DNA from: Octopus sinensis
Taxonomy: Eukaryota
DNA length: 64,000 bases
Direction: 5' to 3'
NCBI RefSeq assembly: GCF_006345805.1
Contig: NC_043002.1
Location: forward strand, 15,748,001-15,812,000
This document shows, in pieces, positions 39,909 through 54,436 of this stretch. The position numbers and the translations under genes were made by a program. The notes below the pieces were generated by a model, which was given only the letters and a program-made list of their open reading frames with translations, did not search any database and was not told the origin of the DNA. Numbering within the stretch: position 1 is the first letter of the stretch; each line of letters begins with the position of its first letter.

Positions 39909-40779
39909 CCAAAATGAAATGGAGAAACTTCCGTTGACAAGAGCACCGACATGCCCGAAATCAAATAGAACACCCTATTTTTTGTTAATTAACTTCAATT
40001 GACACGTTATTTGATTATTCAGTCACCGAATTTTTCTGCATCGATAGCAAAACAATCAGCAACCAGTATTCAGATACTTGCAAATTCGTTTCATGTTGAC
40101 TGTTAAGATTACAAAATTGACGTCATTGCAGCCGGCCAACGGCAATTGTGAATATGCTACTCCATTTATAATCGCTCACCTAATAACTTTGCTTTGGATG
40201 ACTGTGTAGTTTGCATATTACCACTGTGATGCATCAAGGCAATCCCATCCGTATTTCTATGATAGTTAGAAATGTCTTTTGAGTTTTTTTGGATGACACT
40301 TTCATTCCAGTATCCCACTAACAATAATGTACGAGACATTTTCGAGAAAACCTCTATACATTGAAGAAATCCGACCGTTATATCCCCGTCTCACAACGAC
40401 GTGTTCACGCCCAGAAATTTGCAATCTCAATCCAAAAGAGATAGTCCGTACTTCGAGATTTAAATATTTCTGTAATAGCTTTCGGCCAAGAATGCTATAT
40501 TACTAGAATTTGAACTCTCGCATTTCGGCCTCTAGCAATGTCTGGATGTTTACTTTCTCAAATATAGCAAAATGAGAGCAGTTTCATCCAATACGCTTGT
40601 GTTTGTGGTGATTTCTTTTCCTATTTCTTAACTGTGACACAGAAACTCCTCTATTTCCCCAATAATATCTTCCACTACACTTCCACACAACACACTGGGA
40701 TATTTTCCGACGATGTCGAGTATTAAACACTTGCACTAATTTTAATAATACCAATATATATACATATATATCTTCTTCT

Positions 40780-41055
40780 GTGGCCAAGTGGTTAGGGCAG
40801 CGGACTCGTGGTTGTAGGATCGTGGTTTCGATTCCCAGACCGGGCGTTGTGAGTGTTTATTGAGCAAAAACACCTAAAGCTCCACGACGCTCCGGCAGTG
40901 GGTGGTGGCGATCCCTGCTTTACTCTTTCTGCTGTTGACGTGCTCGCTTAACCAGCAAGGTGGCGTCATTTGAAGGCTAAAACAATGCGAAGCGCATTGT
41001 GACCAGTGATGTGTAGCAACATCTGATAGCCTGGTCGGTTACGATGATCACGGTG
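40780..41055 (+). mobile_element. SINE family C with 14-bp TSD
   Basis: TSD atatatcttcttct on both sides; tRNA-like head gtggttagggcagcggactc..ggtttcgattccc. Confidence 0.88.
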
Positions 41056-41339
41056 ATATATCTTCTTCTAGAAGACTTATATGTATGTATTCATGTGTGT
41101 GTGTCTATGTGTGTATTTAGACTCACGATATTCCTTCCGTACTTTGACGGCATCCGAGCTATGAAAGTCTTGCATGATCTTCTCAGAGCACTGGTATTTG
41201 TTTAAGTGATTACTTTTGAATGGAGGTTTGTGACCCTGAGGTCTTCTCGGTAAAGGAAGTAAATTAATGCATGCAACTAGAACATCAATCGGAAGGTTGG
41301 ACAAAATGTAGTGACAGACTTCCGAAATACTGATAATGA

Positions 41340-42192
41340 TCTAAAGTTTTCGCATGAAGCCACCGTTGGGCCGTCGGGCACTCTGCTTTATTAACCCCGA
41401 AAATATGAAAGGCAAAATCGATTCCGGCAGTATTTGAAATCACAACGTACTGCCAGGAATACCGCTAAGCATTTTGCTGGCTGTGCTTAAACATTCTGCT
41501 GGATCCCAAACCTTCCAGTAAATAATATTTTCAACTCTAGGCACAAGTCCTGAAATTTTGGGAGAGGGGGTCAGTCGATTAGATCGACCCCAGTGTTCAA
41601 CTGGTACTTAATTTATCGACCTCGAAACGATGAAAGGCAAAATCGACCTCGGCGGAATTTGAAATCAGAACGTAAAGACAGAAGAAATACCTATTTCTTT
41701 ACTACCAACAAGGAGCTACACACAGAGAGGACAAACAAGGACAGACAAACGGATTAAGTCGATTATATCGACCCCAGTGCGTAACTGGTACTTATTTAAT
41801 CGACCCCAAAGGATAAAAGGCAATGTCGACATCGGCCGAATTTGATCTCAGAACGTAACGGCAGACGAAATAACGCTAAGCATTTCGCCCGACGTGCCAA
41901 CGTTCCTGTCAGCTCACCGCCTTCATTCTGCAAATTATTAACTTTCGATTTAGCTCCGCTTGATCTCACTAGCAAGGAAATTATATATCATTATGAGAGC
42001 CCGAAAGTTTGGGGAAGGGGGCTAGTCGATTAAACCGAAACCAGTACGCAACTAGTACTTAATTTATCGACCCCGAAAGGATGAAAGGCAAAGTCGACCT
42101 CGGCCGAATTTGAACTCAGAATGTAACGGCAGACGAAATACGACTACGCATTTCGCCTGGCGTGCTAACGTTTCTGCCAGCTCGCCGCCTTT
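41340..42192 (-). mobile_element. Cluster of SINE family B copies, including one nested pair
   Basis: Copies at ~41340-41515 (degenerate), 41530-41923 (nested, junction gaaatacc|tatttcttt) and 42000-42192. Confidence 0.85.
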
Positions 42193-43113
42193 TCAGTAAA
42201 TAATAATGGCAATATCCCTACTAATATAAACATGTAGAACGGCAATAACTCATTTAAAGTACTATTTGCAACAACAGTGAGTAAAAGCGCAACAATGTAA
42301 TTAGCAACAGCAGCAGAACCAATTACAACAGTAAGGCCAAATGCACAGCCATCAAGTATAGCGGCAGAAATAACACAAACGTTAACGGCCGAAGTCATAA
42401 CACAAATACCTTCATATCAACATTGCCTAAAACACTTAAATAAATTGAAATATAATTAAAAACATCTGGAGAGTGGTAATTAGGATAACAAAAGAAATTA
42501 TTACAGCTGCATCTATTATTATTATTTTAAAGGGACGTATAACGGCAGGATGAATATTTACAACAACAGCATGTATATTTGTGTTTGGTTGCAGGGTTTT
42601 ATGACATGTGGAGAAATGTCTTGAAATATTTAGTCACATGCCTTTCTATTCCGTGTTCAAATCACGTCGAATTTAATTCTTCGTTTTATACTTCTGGAGT
42701 AGTGAACTAATATACCAGTCTCACACTGTCCTAATTTCAATTTCGATATATATATGTAATTCGGTGAAAGTGCGTTGCCTTGTGGAATGGTTTTGCACTA
42801 ACGATCAGAAAATTGTAGTTTCGACCCCCGGGCCGTAAGATGCGTTGTGGTGAAACAAAACGTCGCTCCAATCTGCTCAGCTGTTAATGATTAACGCTAT
42901 TACGGACAGGCGTCCCATCAGAGGAAATCTTGTGATCTCGTTCAATTCTACGCCATGAAAACAGGATAATGGAACCGATAAGTCCTAGGCCTCAAAACAG
43001 TACAGAAATTTCAAAGGGGTTCACTATATATAAATCATCTCAAAATATGAATGAAGTTAGAATTTTTTTTTTCCTTTTATACAAGGCTAGCAATACTGAA
43101 GGAAGAGAAATTC

Positions 43114-43542
43114 GGATCTTTTCGGTTTGAACGGCAGTTTTTAAAACAATTTCCACGTAACTAAACACTTTTAAACTTCGTATACTGGTAGAATGTGTTT
43201 ATAAAACATATTTTTCTCTTGGCTTTATTGAGAAAATTCTATAGCTTGTAAGATATTTGTTGTTTTTTTTCCTCATCAATTTCTGCAATTTCACCCAATC
43301 AATGACGTCTGTTCAAGGTGAAAACATTCTGTGCCGTATGAATATGTCCCTCGTTTAAGAAACAGATTGGGTTTATTTACATTTGTGAAGAAAAAAGATA
43401 CTTTTCCCCCCACCGCTAACCCTAACCATCCCTAACCCTAAAACAGATTGAAATACAATAGATCGATACTAGGGTCATAATTATGGGTGACAATTACATA
43501 TGACACCGCTAGAAAAAACTGCCATTCAAACCGAAAAGATCC
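43114..43542. mobile_element. MITE with GGATC...GATCC TIRs (second full copy)
   Basis: TIRs ggatcttttcggtttgaacggcagttttt / aaaaaactgccattcaaaccgaaaagatcc; flanks gagaaattc / gagaaagtc (9 bp, 1 mismatch). Inserted in an old family B SINE. Confidence 0.9.
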
Positions 43543-45571
43543 GAGAAAGTCAACTACATCGACTTAGTGCTCAAATAGTATTTATTTTATCGACCCGGAA
43601 GGGATGAATTGCATGGTCAAACCGGATGAAATTTGTACTTAGGTCGTAAAGAGACTGAAGAAACGCCGCTTGGTATTATCCCAATGCACTAATGCTTGTG
43701 TCAGCTGACCGTCTTTATGAATGAAATTATAACGCCAAATAAAATGTATCCAGAAAATTATAATTCTCAAACTTTAGAATTTGTGGGAGGTGCGCAATGG
43801 TGAATTGTTATCACATGTCACATCCCGAAAATGCACAAACTGACTGATTGACATAAAACTAATATTAGAAGCTAGAAGAGAGAATATGTGTATAATAGGC
43901 CAGGATATCCATTTCCATAAAGTAAAAAAAAAAAACTGACGAGTTGTTCCCAACTACAACGCTTTTTTAAGTGAGGTCTCTTAGATCTAGTGCTAATAAG
44001 TAATATCAAATATTTCTTTCAATGCAATAATCCAAATATGGCAAATGTCGATAAAGAAAGAAATAATATAACCCGCTGTCAGCCTATAAACTATTTCACA
44101 GAAATACAGTACGTAGGGTTTGACAAATATTCTCGTGACATGGAATCCGTTGACCAATGAGATTATCCCAGAAGTTACAAGACAAAAACCCTTCCTGCGC
44201 TCGCTTTAAAGCGAAAATACAAAATGAAGTGAGACAATTCCATCTAGATTCGCCGTTCGAAAGAATTTGGATAATCTATATTATCCAAATTGGACAGCTG
44301 AGAAAAGAGTATTCAGAGACGCCTACCGAATGAAAAACTATTTGTGTCATCCATTTCATGCAGTTGGTCACGAATTAAAATTTCATTATTCTTCAATATA
44401 TGCATCGAATGGACGCTGCCTAGTGGTTCCGATGATGGGCTCGCGGTCAAAATGCCATAGGTTCGATTCCTATGCACGACATCACGTGTCTCTAAGTAAG
44501 GTACACATTGTACGTTACTTGATGTACACAATGGAAAATTAATGCCAAACAAGCGCTGGTTCATATTCCTCTCCCCCTCCAGTTGTCCCATTTTTAATAT
44601 TCCGCCGGTCACAGTTTAAAGTGGTTAGAGAGTGTCTATATATGCATCTGAAAAGTTAACAACAGCGTGGTGCTTGATACCAAGTCATATTGACATCTGT
44701 TCCCTACTAACAAGCACCTCAAAAATTAGCAAGACCATTGTGATTGATACTAAGTCACATTCCTTTGCAAGCGACGCCTTGGCTACGAATCCTGACTAAC
44801 GACTTTAAATTTTTACAAAAATGACAGAACTTAGTCAACCGTGAATTCAAATATATCAATACTAATTAAATATAGAATGTAGTGGAGAGTAAATCTCTAA
44901 GCAAAACCTAAAATAATGCTATGAAATACTGAAAGAATTGAGAAGTCATATTTTAGACCTACTCTTGTGGTTCTGTGGTAGGTAGCGACACCGTTTATAC
45001 TGAATAATGAATAGAAATGAATAATGAGTAATGAAGAGAAACGTATTCAAGAAACAGATGCAATAAATTCTATTAACTGGGCCTCACATTAGGAAATGGA
45101 AAATATTATGTAGCACGATAATCCTTTGTCATATGCACAGGGTACGAGACATTGAAGAAAGCGAGGCTAGTCTATTATATCAACCTCGGGGTTCTACTGG
45201 TACATATTTCATCGACCCCTAAAACATGTAAGTCAAAGACAACCACGACAGAAACTATACTCAGGACGTAAAGCCGGAAGAAATGCCGCTAAGAATTTCG
45301 GCCAGTGCCCTCATCATCCTTAATTATCCTTTGTACTATTGGCACAAGGCCAGAAAAACTTAGGGAAGGATATTAGTCAAATCAACGCCAGAAAAACGTG
45401 TGGAAGGATATCAGTCTACGGACATATATTTTATTGGCCCCGAAAGGATGAAAAGCGAAATCGACCTTTGCAGAATTGAGCACAGAACTTAAAACCGGAA
45501 TAAATACCACTAAGACTTTCGTCTGTTGCTGTAATCATTTTGCCATTTTACCGCATCAGCAACATTTATAA

Positions 45572-45841
45572 TGTCAACTTAACGTGACAGACCCGTAAAG
45601 GGAATCACACCACCGCTATTTAGCCCTAGGAAGCATCGACGCTTCCTGTCGGCCTTGACACATTTCCTGTGTCCTTATATTTGCGAAGGGTGGTAGCCTT
45701 AGCTGGTGGGGGTGCTTGCCTCCCCTTCGCAAATATAAGGACAGAGGAAATGTGTCAAAGCCGACAGGAAGCGTCGATGCTTCCTAGGGCTAAATAGCGG
45801 TGGTGTGATTCCCTTTACGGGACTGTCACGTTAAGTTGACA
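45572..45841. mobile_element. Fold-back (palindromic) MITE-like element with TGT...ACA ends
   Basis: Near-perfect ~118-bp inverted arms (tgtcaacttaacgtgacag... / ...ctgtcacgttaagttgaca) around a ~32-bp spacer. Confidence 0.8.
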
Positions 45842-46884
45842 GTATACAGCCACTCTATCGCTCCACCACCGCTCATGTCTCTCTGAGACATTTAGAAATT
45901 CAATATTTCTAACATTTATAATCCTTTCTATTAAATAAAATATCCTTGTAAGGCCATTTTATAGTGATGAGAATCCGTCTTGACCAGTAGATGTGATCTA
46001 TGCCTAAAGGACAAGAACAAAATGGCAACAATGGAGATCAAAATGATGAGGAAGCATTTACGCAGATTATTGGCTGGCTAGGAATAGCTGCCAAATCCCT
46101 CTAAGATCTCAACCACTTGTCTTTCGAATGGCTTATAAACAAGTATTTAATACAATCATATATATACCATGCCGTTAAGAAAGCAGAAATAAATGTAATA
46201 TTCCTGGCAGCATTGAATCAAGGATAATCTCTTGCTGAACAGTTTAAACAACAAGAGTAACCCGACTAAGATATGTACAGACAATTACAGTCATAATAAC
46301 AATGGCAAGCAAATCGGATGAGCCCTTATTCTGTCGCTCGTTCGGCCGCCTTTAAGTTCTGATTTGAAATCCCACCGTGGTCGATTTTGCTTTTCATCCT
46401 TTCGGAGTCGATCAAGCAAGTACAAGTCAAGTATCGGGGTGGATGTGATCGTCTTACCCCTTACCCGCAAATTTCAGGCCTTGAGCCTATAACAGAAAGG
46501 CTTATTCTGTCTTTCGACCTTCTAGAAATGGTAGTCAGCATTCCACAAATATGATTCAACCGTTTTTGTTGTCTCTTTCCTTTCCGCTACTTTCTTTATA
46601 TTTATTTATTTATTTGACATGGGAAGGATGAGCATGTGATAATAATGCATTCTCGGATTTCATTAATAGATAAAAAGAAAATGATATTTATAGGCAGGTG
46701 ATGCCTTCGATGTCTGCTATAACAATTACGCTCAAGCAGTTTTATGGCCAAGGGCTAAACGGTAACAACTGAAGTACCACTAACAACTGGAGCACCAACA
46801 TCATTGACAACAATACAATAAGTATGGACATCGAGAATACTTGCTGCACCAGCAGTGTGCAGATGTTTAATTAAAGAACTGTAG

Positions 46885-47031
46885 CGGCAGCAGCAGTAGT
46901 AGTAGTAGTAGTAGTAGTAGTAGCAGTAGTAGTAGTAGCAGTAGTAGTAGCAGTCGCTGCAGTTGTTGCAGTAGTAATGTTAGTTTTATTATCATCAGTA
47001 GTAATAGCAGCAGCTGCTGCAGTAGAGGAAA

Positions 47032-47063
<32 letters not shown>

Positions 47064-47151
47064 CAGCAGCAGTAACAACTGCAGAAGTAGTGTTAATGCT
47101 ATTATTATTATTAGCAGTAGTAGTAGTAAGAGCAGCAGTTGCTGCTGCATT

Positions 47152-47184
<33 letters not shown>

Positions 47185-47711
47185 GTATTGTGACAGTAGT
47201 ATTGTTGGTGGTGTTCCGGTGGCAATAGTAGTAGTAGTAGTAGTAGTTGCAGTAGTAGTGGTGATGGTGGTGGTGTGGTGGCAGTGGTGGTGATAGCCTT
47301 AGTAGTATTACCGGTTATAGCAGTAATAGTTTTGTTGTTGTTGTTGTGTTGTGCATCAACAAAAGCAGCAGTGATGCATCATAATCCAGGAATGGCGGAG
47401 AAAGATGTAGAGAGAGAGAGAGAGATTGAGACTGGAAGAAGAAGAAGAATAAGAAGGAGGAGGAGGAGAACAGAAGAAGGGGAGGAGGAAGAAAAGAGAG
47501 AACGGATTAAATGAGAAAGAAGAGGAGTGTGTCAGTGTGTCTACGAGCGGTAAGAAACAGAGTAAAATAGTCAATAAGCGAACTGTTTACTACTACTACT
47601 ACTACTACTACTACTGCTGCTTCCACTACTATTACCACTATCACATCGCTTCCACCATAATACTACGACGGCGAACACTTCCACTATTACTACCATCATA
47701 CTACTAATACA

Positions 47712-47742
<31 letters not shown>

Positions 47743-47930
47743 TTATTATTACTACTGCTGCTGCTGCTGCTTCTACTATTACCACCATCACATCGCCTCC
47801 ACCATAATACTACGACGGCGAACACCTCCACTATTACTACCATCATACTACTAATACAACTACTACTACTAATACCAGCATCACCACTTCTGCTACCATT
47901 CACCCCCACCACCACAAACTATTGCTACTA
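46885..47930. repeat. Trinucleotide (TAG/CAG/TAC) low-complexity region with a ~150-bp tandem duplication
   Basis: The unique segment cacatcgc(t/c)tccaccataatactacgacggcgaacac occurs at ~47642 and ~47788. Confidence 0.9.
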
Positions 47931-48547
47931 CAGTGACTTCTACTGCTTAGGCTGCTGCTGCTCTATCGTAAGCTACAGTTGTTCTACCACTGCAACCGTT
48001 AAAATGATTAGAAGCACTAACGGTGAAACCGCCGGCACAGAACTTTACAATGTAACTTACGTAATTTTATAGTAAAATCGTGTTACGTCTTGTAGTATAA
48101 TAAACGGTAATCCTATTATGCAACCTGCATGACATAATCAGGGATTAGGGATTAAATGACAACCAATGTCCAAGGGACTGACCGGTTCATTTGTTTATCA
48201 AATTACTGTATTATCGGTTTTAAGTATATAACAGTTTTTGCCAACCCAAGTGGATAGCTACAGGGATTTGAATTAATCTAAGTGTATGCAAATATTTAAA
48301 TGGGTCCTGGCATACTTGGTACAGAAAGCAGTAAGCGAAGAATTTTTTTTTTATCAATTAACAGAAATTGGAATTTTAATTAAAATTCCTAACATCGTGA
48401 AGTAACAGTTTTTAAATGACTAATACTTCACCAAAGAATGCTCTTGCTCGACGAACATACGCAGTACTGCTGTCTAGATTAATAATATATATGTATGTGC
48501 GTGTGTGAGAGAGAGATAGATTGTGTTTGAGAGAGGGTTTATGCGAG

Positions 48548-48596
<49 letters not shown>

Positions 48597-49030
48597 AAAA
48601 ACACTCCAATTTTATCAACTAGAAAATCACGGAAAAAATAAAGACACAGTATTCTTATTTCATCTAAACAATAGTAAAATTGTGCTAATGCATTTAACGC
48701 ACTGGACGAAAGTACATAAAATAAGATTTTCACTCTCGTAACGAGTAGAGTTATTTTCATCGCTCCAAATCCTGATAACGAAAATATGCAGCCCGAAACT
48801 CTCTCAAAATTTTAATTAAATGACATCATGTAAATATGGAATGCATCGTCACGTAAGGGAGATGATAATCTAGGAAGTGTTACAAGCTTATTGGATTTCT
48901 TCCGGAAAGAATAGTTTTAATGATCCTTACATTTTAGTGCCGGGTAGCTTGCACAATGATATGTAATTTCCTCGTTCAGCCTTGTTAGATCAAACGGAGC
49001 TAAATCGAAAGATGATAATTTGCCGAATGA

Positions 49031-49580
49031 AGGCGATGAGCTGGCAGAACCGTTAGCATGCCCGGCGAAATGCTTAGCGGTATTTCGTCAGCCGTTACGT
49101 TCTGAGTTCAAATTCCGTTCAAAGGTCGACTTTGCCTTTCATCCTTTCGGCGTCGATAGATTAAGTACCAGTTACGCACTGGGTCAATATGATCGACTTA
49201 ATCCGTCTGTCCTTGTTAGTCCTCTCTGTGTTTCGCCCCTTGTGGGTAGTAAAGAAATAGGTATTTCGTCTGCCGCTACGTTCTGAGTTCAAATTCCACC
49301 GATGTCGACTTTGCCTTCCATCCTTTCGGGGTCGATTAAATAAGTACCAGTTACGCACTGGGGTCGATATGATAGACTTAATCCGTTTGTCCTCTCTGTG
49401 TTTAGACCCTAGTGGGTAGTAAAGAAACAGGTATGTCATCTGTTTTACGTACTGAATTCAAATTCCGCCGAGGTCGACTTTGCCTCTCATCCACTCGGGG
49501 TAGATAAATTAAGTACTGAGGTCGATATAATTGACTTGCTCCCCCCACCAAATTTCGGGCCTTGTGCCTAGAGTAACAAA
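49031..49580 (+). mobile_element. Triple nested/tandem SINE family B
   Basis: One head at 49031, then junctions aaagaaata|ggtatttcgtc (49259) and aaagaaaca|ggtatgtcatc (49429). The last unit has the older tail (gccttgtgcctagagta). Confidence 0.9.
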
Positions 49581-49978
49581 GAATAATTTTTAGAATGATT
49601 TCAAAGCAGCGAGAATGTAAACATAACGTATCTTCAGTTTCAGTACTTTTAATATACACGTTTGAATCTGCCTTGTTTTGTTTGCTGAACATGGCAGATT
49701 CGAATGATTATATTAACCGCAGCTCATTTCCGTCCGCAGAGAACACTTCTTCTACTTAAACGATGTGTGATCGAGATTCACCGGTATAAAGGGATTTCGA
49801 TACATTCCGATGTTTCAACTGCTGTGTATTTTCTCGCTTAAACGTACACCGTCGGACCATTCATACTAACAAGTACATGAGCTCTCGAATATAAAAAACG
49901 AGCAAAGTATTTCTTGATGCGAGCTGAATAGTGTGCAGCGAAACAATAATGTATTTTCTTATTCTTGACACCTTGCGT

Positions 49979-50260
49979 GGAGGCGCAATGGCTCTGTGTT
50001 TAGGGCAGCGGAATCGCGGTTTCGATACCCAGACCGGGCGTTGTGTGTGTTTATTGAGCAAAAACACCTAAAGCTCCACGAGGCTTCGGCAGCGGGTTGG
50101 TGGTGACCCCTGTTGTACTCATTCGCCCCAACTTTCTCTCACTCTTTCTTTCTGCTTCTTGAGTAACGATGCGATGTATTGGCGTCCCGTCCAGCTAGGT
50201 GGGGGGATTCGGGAAACCGAGTCCATGAGCTTGGCTAGGCTTGTAAAGGGCGCATAAAAA
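49979..50260 (+). mobile_element. SINE family C
   Basis: ggaggcgcaatggc head, ttattgagcaaaaacacctaaagctccacgagg, and gcgatgtattggcgtcccgtccag. Confidence 0.85.
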
Positions 50261-52058
50261 ACACACCTTCTTGCAGACTCAAACCTAAATATCTAACCGA
50301 TATGGTAATTTTATATCTAACAGCTGTTCCATCATCGGAAAAAAACCTCCTCCATTTAGGCGATATATGTTCAGAATAATTTCATAAAATAAGTTAAGAA
50401 TAAGCTGATAGTACTTTTAATACAGTTCTTTGTTCAATTTCAGTAATATATGTATAGCATTTTGTTAAAAAAAACCAAAAATGACCATTTTCGCATTGGC
50501 TCCAACAAAACATTTTGGGCTAAAGTGAAAAGATTCTTTTTTTTTTGTGCATGTCTTCGTTGTAGCTCTATCCCGGGTTCAACTTCATCCAAAAGTCTTA
50601 TAAAATGAATTCTGACCGTGAGTATCCTACATTTTTTTTCACAAGTATTAAAAAAGTAAAATAAAGGCACACTTGTTGAGTGCCGTAGGAGGTGTCCTGT
50701 GTCTGATAAAAATAATAGCGAGATATCTATGGCTAAAATTGGTTTACCCAGTACATTCTTGGAGCAAAAGATAAAAAAAAACACGATATCAAATAGAGAG
50801 ATAAGCAACTTGGCGCCAGTCACACCATATCACTAGTGGTAGTTATACCATATTAAAACACCAAGATACAGCTGTCTGACCTCCACTATTACAATTTATT
50901 TTGTTACATGGACCTCAAAAGTGTGGAAGTGAATTCCACCAGAATCGAGATTTCAAATCATAAAATTATATATAGGTGGGGTATGGAGTATGCTGCACAG
51001 CATAGCTTTTAATCAAGCATTCTGCTCCACTTACGTTTGCACGCCCTCAGTCACCTCGTATTTTGGAGAGTTTCATGCACTGCAGCCCTTCCATAATCTT
51101 ATCCCTTCCATGGAAGTCTACGTGGCCAGTCGATTTGCTAGTAATTACAGACAAATGTTCCTTCTATCTGATGGTACCGGCTTTTGTAAAGATAGAGTAT
51201 ATGGGAAAATGTAGTCCAGCATGCTCTTGAAAAATCGGGGTTCATATGGACGGAAAGGTTTTGAAAGAAGCACTACTGTGGTCAAATTAAAGAACAACAA
51301 AAAAATCTCTCGCAATGAGAGGGATATTTGCAACCATTACGTCTAATACTACAACTATACCTACGATCATAACTACATTTCTTAATTATATCATCACCAC
51401 CAGAACAGAAGTGAATGCCGAGGATTCTTCTTCGTAATCACTCGAAGCGTTGGGAACAGTGGAGAAATCTGTCAAATTTTATCTAAGACCACTTTGAATA
51501 ATAGGATCCTCTGTTCTCTGCATATAAACAGGCCTGATGGTCACATCAGGAGTATTTTTAAGTTTGCTTCATCAGATTTGACGTGGTGTTAAACAATGAA
51601 ACCTACGAATAAAAAGGAAAACGACCGTAACCAATACTATCTCAGCCTCTTCTAATATTATTATCAGTGTTAGTTGCAGCAACATCACCACTACCACTAG
51701 CAGTACACATGTTGTGGTTGATATTATCGAGTGTTTGTGCAGAAGCTGCTTGAGAAACTTTCAACCATTTCGACATGTGGAAATGAGTTGTCAAATGCAT
51801 GTGTCCTTCTATGTGCGTATGTTTCAATGAAAAGGCATACACATACATACATGCATACAATATGCATACATACAAACAGACAGACATAAAAATATATGTG
51901 AGCAATCGTTATTTAGTTCATTATTTTGATTTAGCTATCAGGGGTTCACACTGCACGTACTAAATGTGACTATAGTAATAAAGTGTGCGCATGAGTGTGT
52001 ACGCGTGAGTGATTTCTTCAAATGAATCAATTTAAGGTAATCTTTCCTGCTTTACTGT

Positions 52059-52312
52059 GGAGGCACGTGGCTTAGTGGTTAGGCTCTCAGCATCATGATA
52101 GTAAATTGTGGTTTCGATTCATGGACCGGGTGACGCGTTGTGTTCTTGAGCAAAACACTTCATTTCACGTTGCTCCAGTTCACTCAGCTGGCAAAAATGA
52201 GTAACGCTGCGATGGGCTGGAGTCCCGTCCAGCTGGGAAATACATACGCCATTGAAACCGAGAAACCGGGCCCATGAGCTTGGTTAGGCTTTAAAAGTGC
52301 GCATTTATTTTA
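52059..52312 (+). mobile_element. tRNA-derived SINE related to family C
   Basis: ggaggcacgtggcttagtggttagg head, cttgagcaaaacactt core, and a tail shared with the 49979 copy (ccatgagcttgg.taggctt.taaa). Confidence 0.85.
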
Positions 52313-53766
52313 TTATTTCATTCTTTACTACACCTCAGCAGTAATATTGCTTGAACTCGTTTGCGGTAAATCCTGTATGTTCATCGTGTTTACCACCTGG
52401 TCGTGCAACTAATGCTCGATATAACATTTCAGTAGGAAGATAACATGTCCTGTCTTGCAGAGCTTTAATCAATTCCAAATATCGGTGTAATGATAAGTAG
52501 TCATGCGATTCCGTTTTGGTTGCTGAAGTATAACAACGATTGTGTCAATGAAATAGTATTGTACAGAAATCTTTCTTGTGTAGCTACTCTTAACATGTTA
52601 TCTGTAATTACCTATTAGACCATGAATCTTAAAAAGCTGCAATATTGCGTACTTTGAAGTGCTTATGGCCTGGCCTCTATGATGGCGCGAGTGATGATTT
52701 TATCTTTATCGAAATCCTTAATTGTATTCTTGGAGTTGGTAAATTGTCCATTTTAAGCGTATATGCGTGTATGTGTGCATGCATGACGTGCGTTTCTATA
52801 TGTGTAATGATGTATAAACGTGTGTATAATTGTTTACTTCGATCTATGTATGCATTTGCATACATATCGGGATAGCCGATATGTATATATAACTAGGAAC
52901 CATTCATTAACAATAATCTTTACCTAACATGATTATCCATGGAATCAGTCAAGCAATATCAATAAATGTACTCACCATAAACCATTGACCTATAAATTTA
53001 TTCAAACTTACTAGAATGATGCACAACTCGGAATAGTAAGACACCAAAATATAAAATATTCACCAAAAATTATATCAACTATATATCTCCAGCATCAGCT
53101 GCCTGCCGGATATCACAATAGTTTTGACTCCTCTTTATTTGTCGATGTACAGACATGAATATTAGAAATGGTTTTAACATATATGTATATATAACAATTG
53201 ATCTAATCCTAATTTGGGCATCTATAAACTAAAATCTTATTTTTGTATATATGCATACATATAAACTCAATACTATTCGAGATTGTTGATGTTTCAATAC
53301 ACTTGGAACAGTAACCGCGTAATTTTAGTCACATAAGTAGAGGTTAGTTTGGGGTGTTTTCCTTAAGATACGTATCGCTTAATCAGCATTAAATATGCTT
53401 ATATTCCTAATAACATGCATGCAGATCTCAATGTATTTGTACTCATACATCTGTATAATGTTTATTTTTATATATTAAAAATAAGACCTAAATTGTACTT
53501 CAAGTATAATGTTTCAATTTTAAGTTTCATTTTTAAACGTTTCTTAATATAGCTGTATAAGTTCACACTGGCAGAACGTAATCCTACTTAACCTTACTTT
53601 TCAAATAATTAATACTTAATTAATAAATGCGAAAGATTACTTTTGTTACTTAACCCACTTCAAAAGTTACACATAGTCTTGTTAGACGGCTGCAGTATCT
53701 TTGCACTCAAAATCATGTATGCACAAACAAACACGTCTTGCTCTACTATAAACGTTTATTTGACAT

Positions 53767-54062
53767 ATGCACCTTCTCCTCGACTTACGACCAACTGACA
53801 GGTCGTAAGTCGATCTGTTCGTATGCCGGCTTCATTTTTTGTAACACTATTTTCTATCATGCAATTGATGCTTGAAAGTGACTGAATGAGAGACAGTGGG
53901 TGCCTGAGTCTGTAAGTGGCATGCTTTGCCAGATGCTACCATAGTCATCATACGCGCAGCTGCCCGACATCCGAAAATAGATTTATTTATTTATTATTTT
54001 TTGTGGTCGTAAGTGCAGGTGGTCGTAAATAGTATAGGTCGTATGTCGAGGAGAAGGTGCAT
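53767..54062. mobile_element. pogo/Tigger-like MITE
   Basis: TIR atgcaccttctcctcgacttacgacc / ggtcgtatgtcgaggagaaggtgcat, with internal subterminal ggtcgtaag repeats. Confidence 0.75.
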
Positions 54063-54436
54063 TGCTTCTTTTCTTCCTTCATTTTATTTTCATCTCCTCC
54101 TTCAACTTCCAGTTTTTTGTTTGTTTTTTGTTTCACACATGTATTCAGCAGCTGGTAAATATTTCAGTAGGTTATATTTCCTATTTAAAACTATCAAATT
54201 TTAACGAACAAGTATAACGAGGAATTGTCCCGAATCAACCTATTGTAGATGACCTTCAACAAAGTATATTGTGCACTTTGCATCCAATCATTAGATTGTG
54301 TTTCTACATTGCATTAGCAAAATTCCTACATAGAAATTGACACATAAATGTGAATGCATGTGCGCAAAGAAAAATATTTACCTTACGCATCTATTTATCT
54401 AACTATGTTTCAATACATGTCCACACACGTATATAT

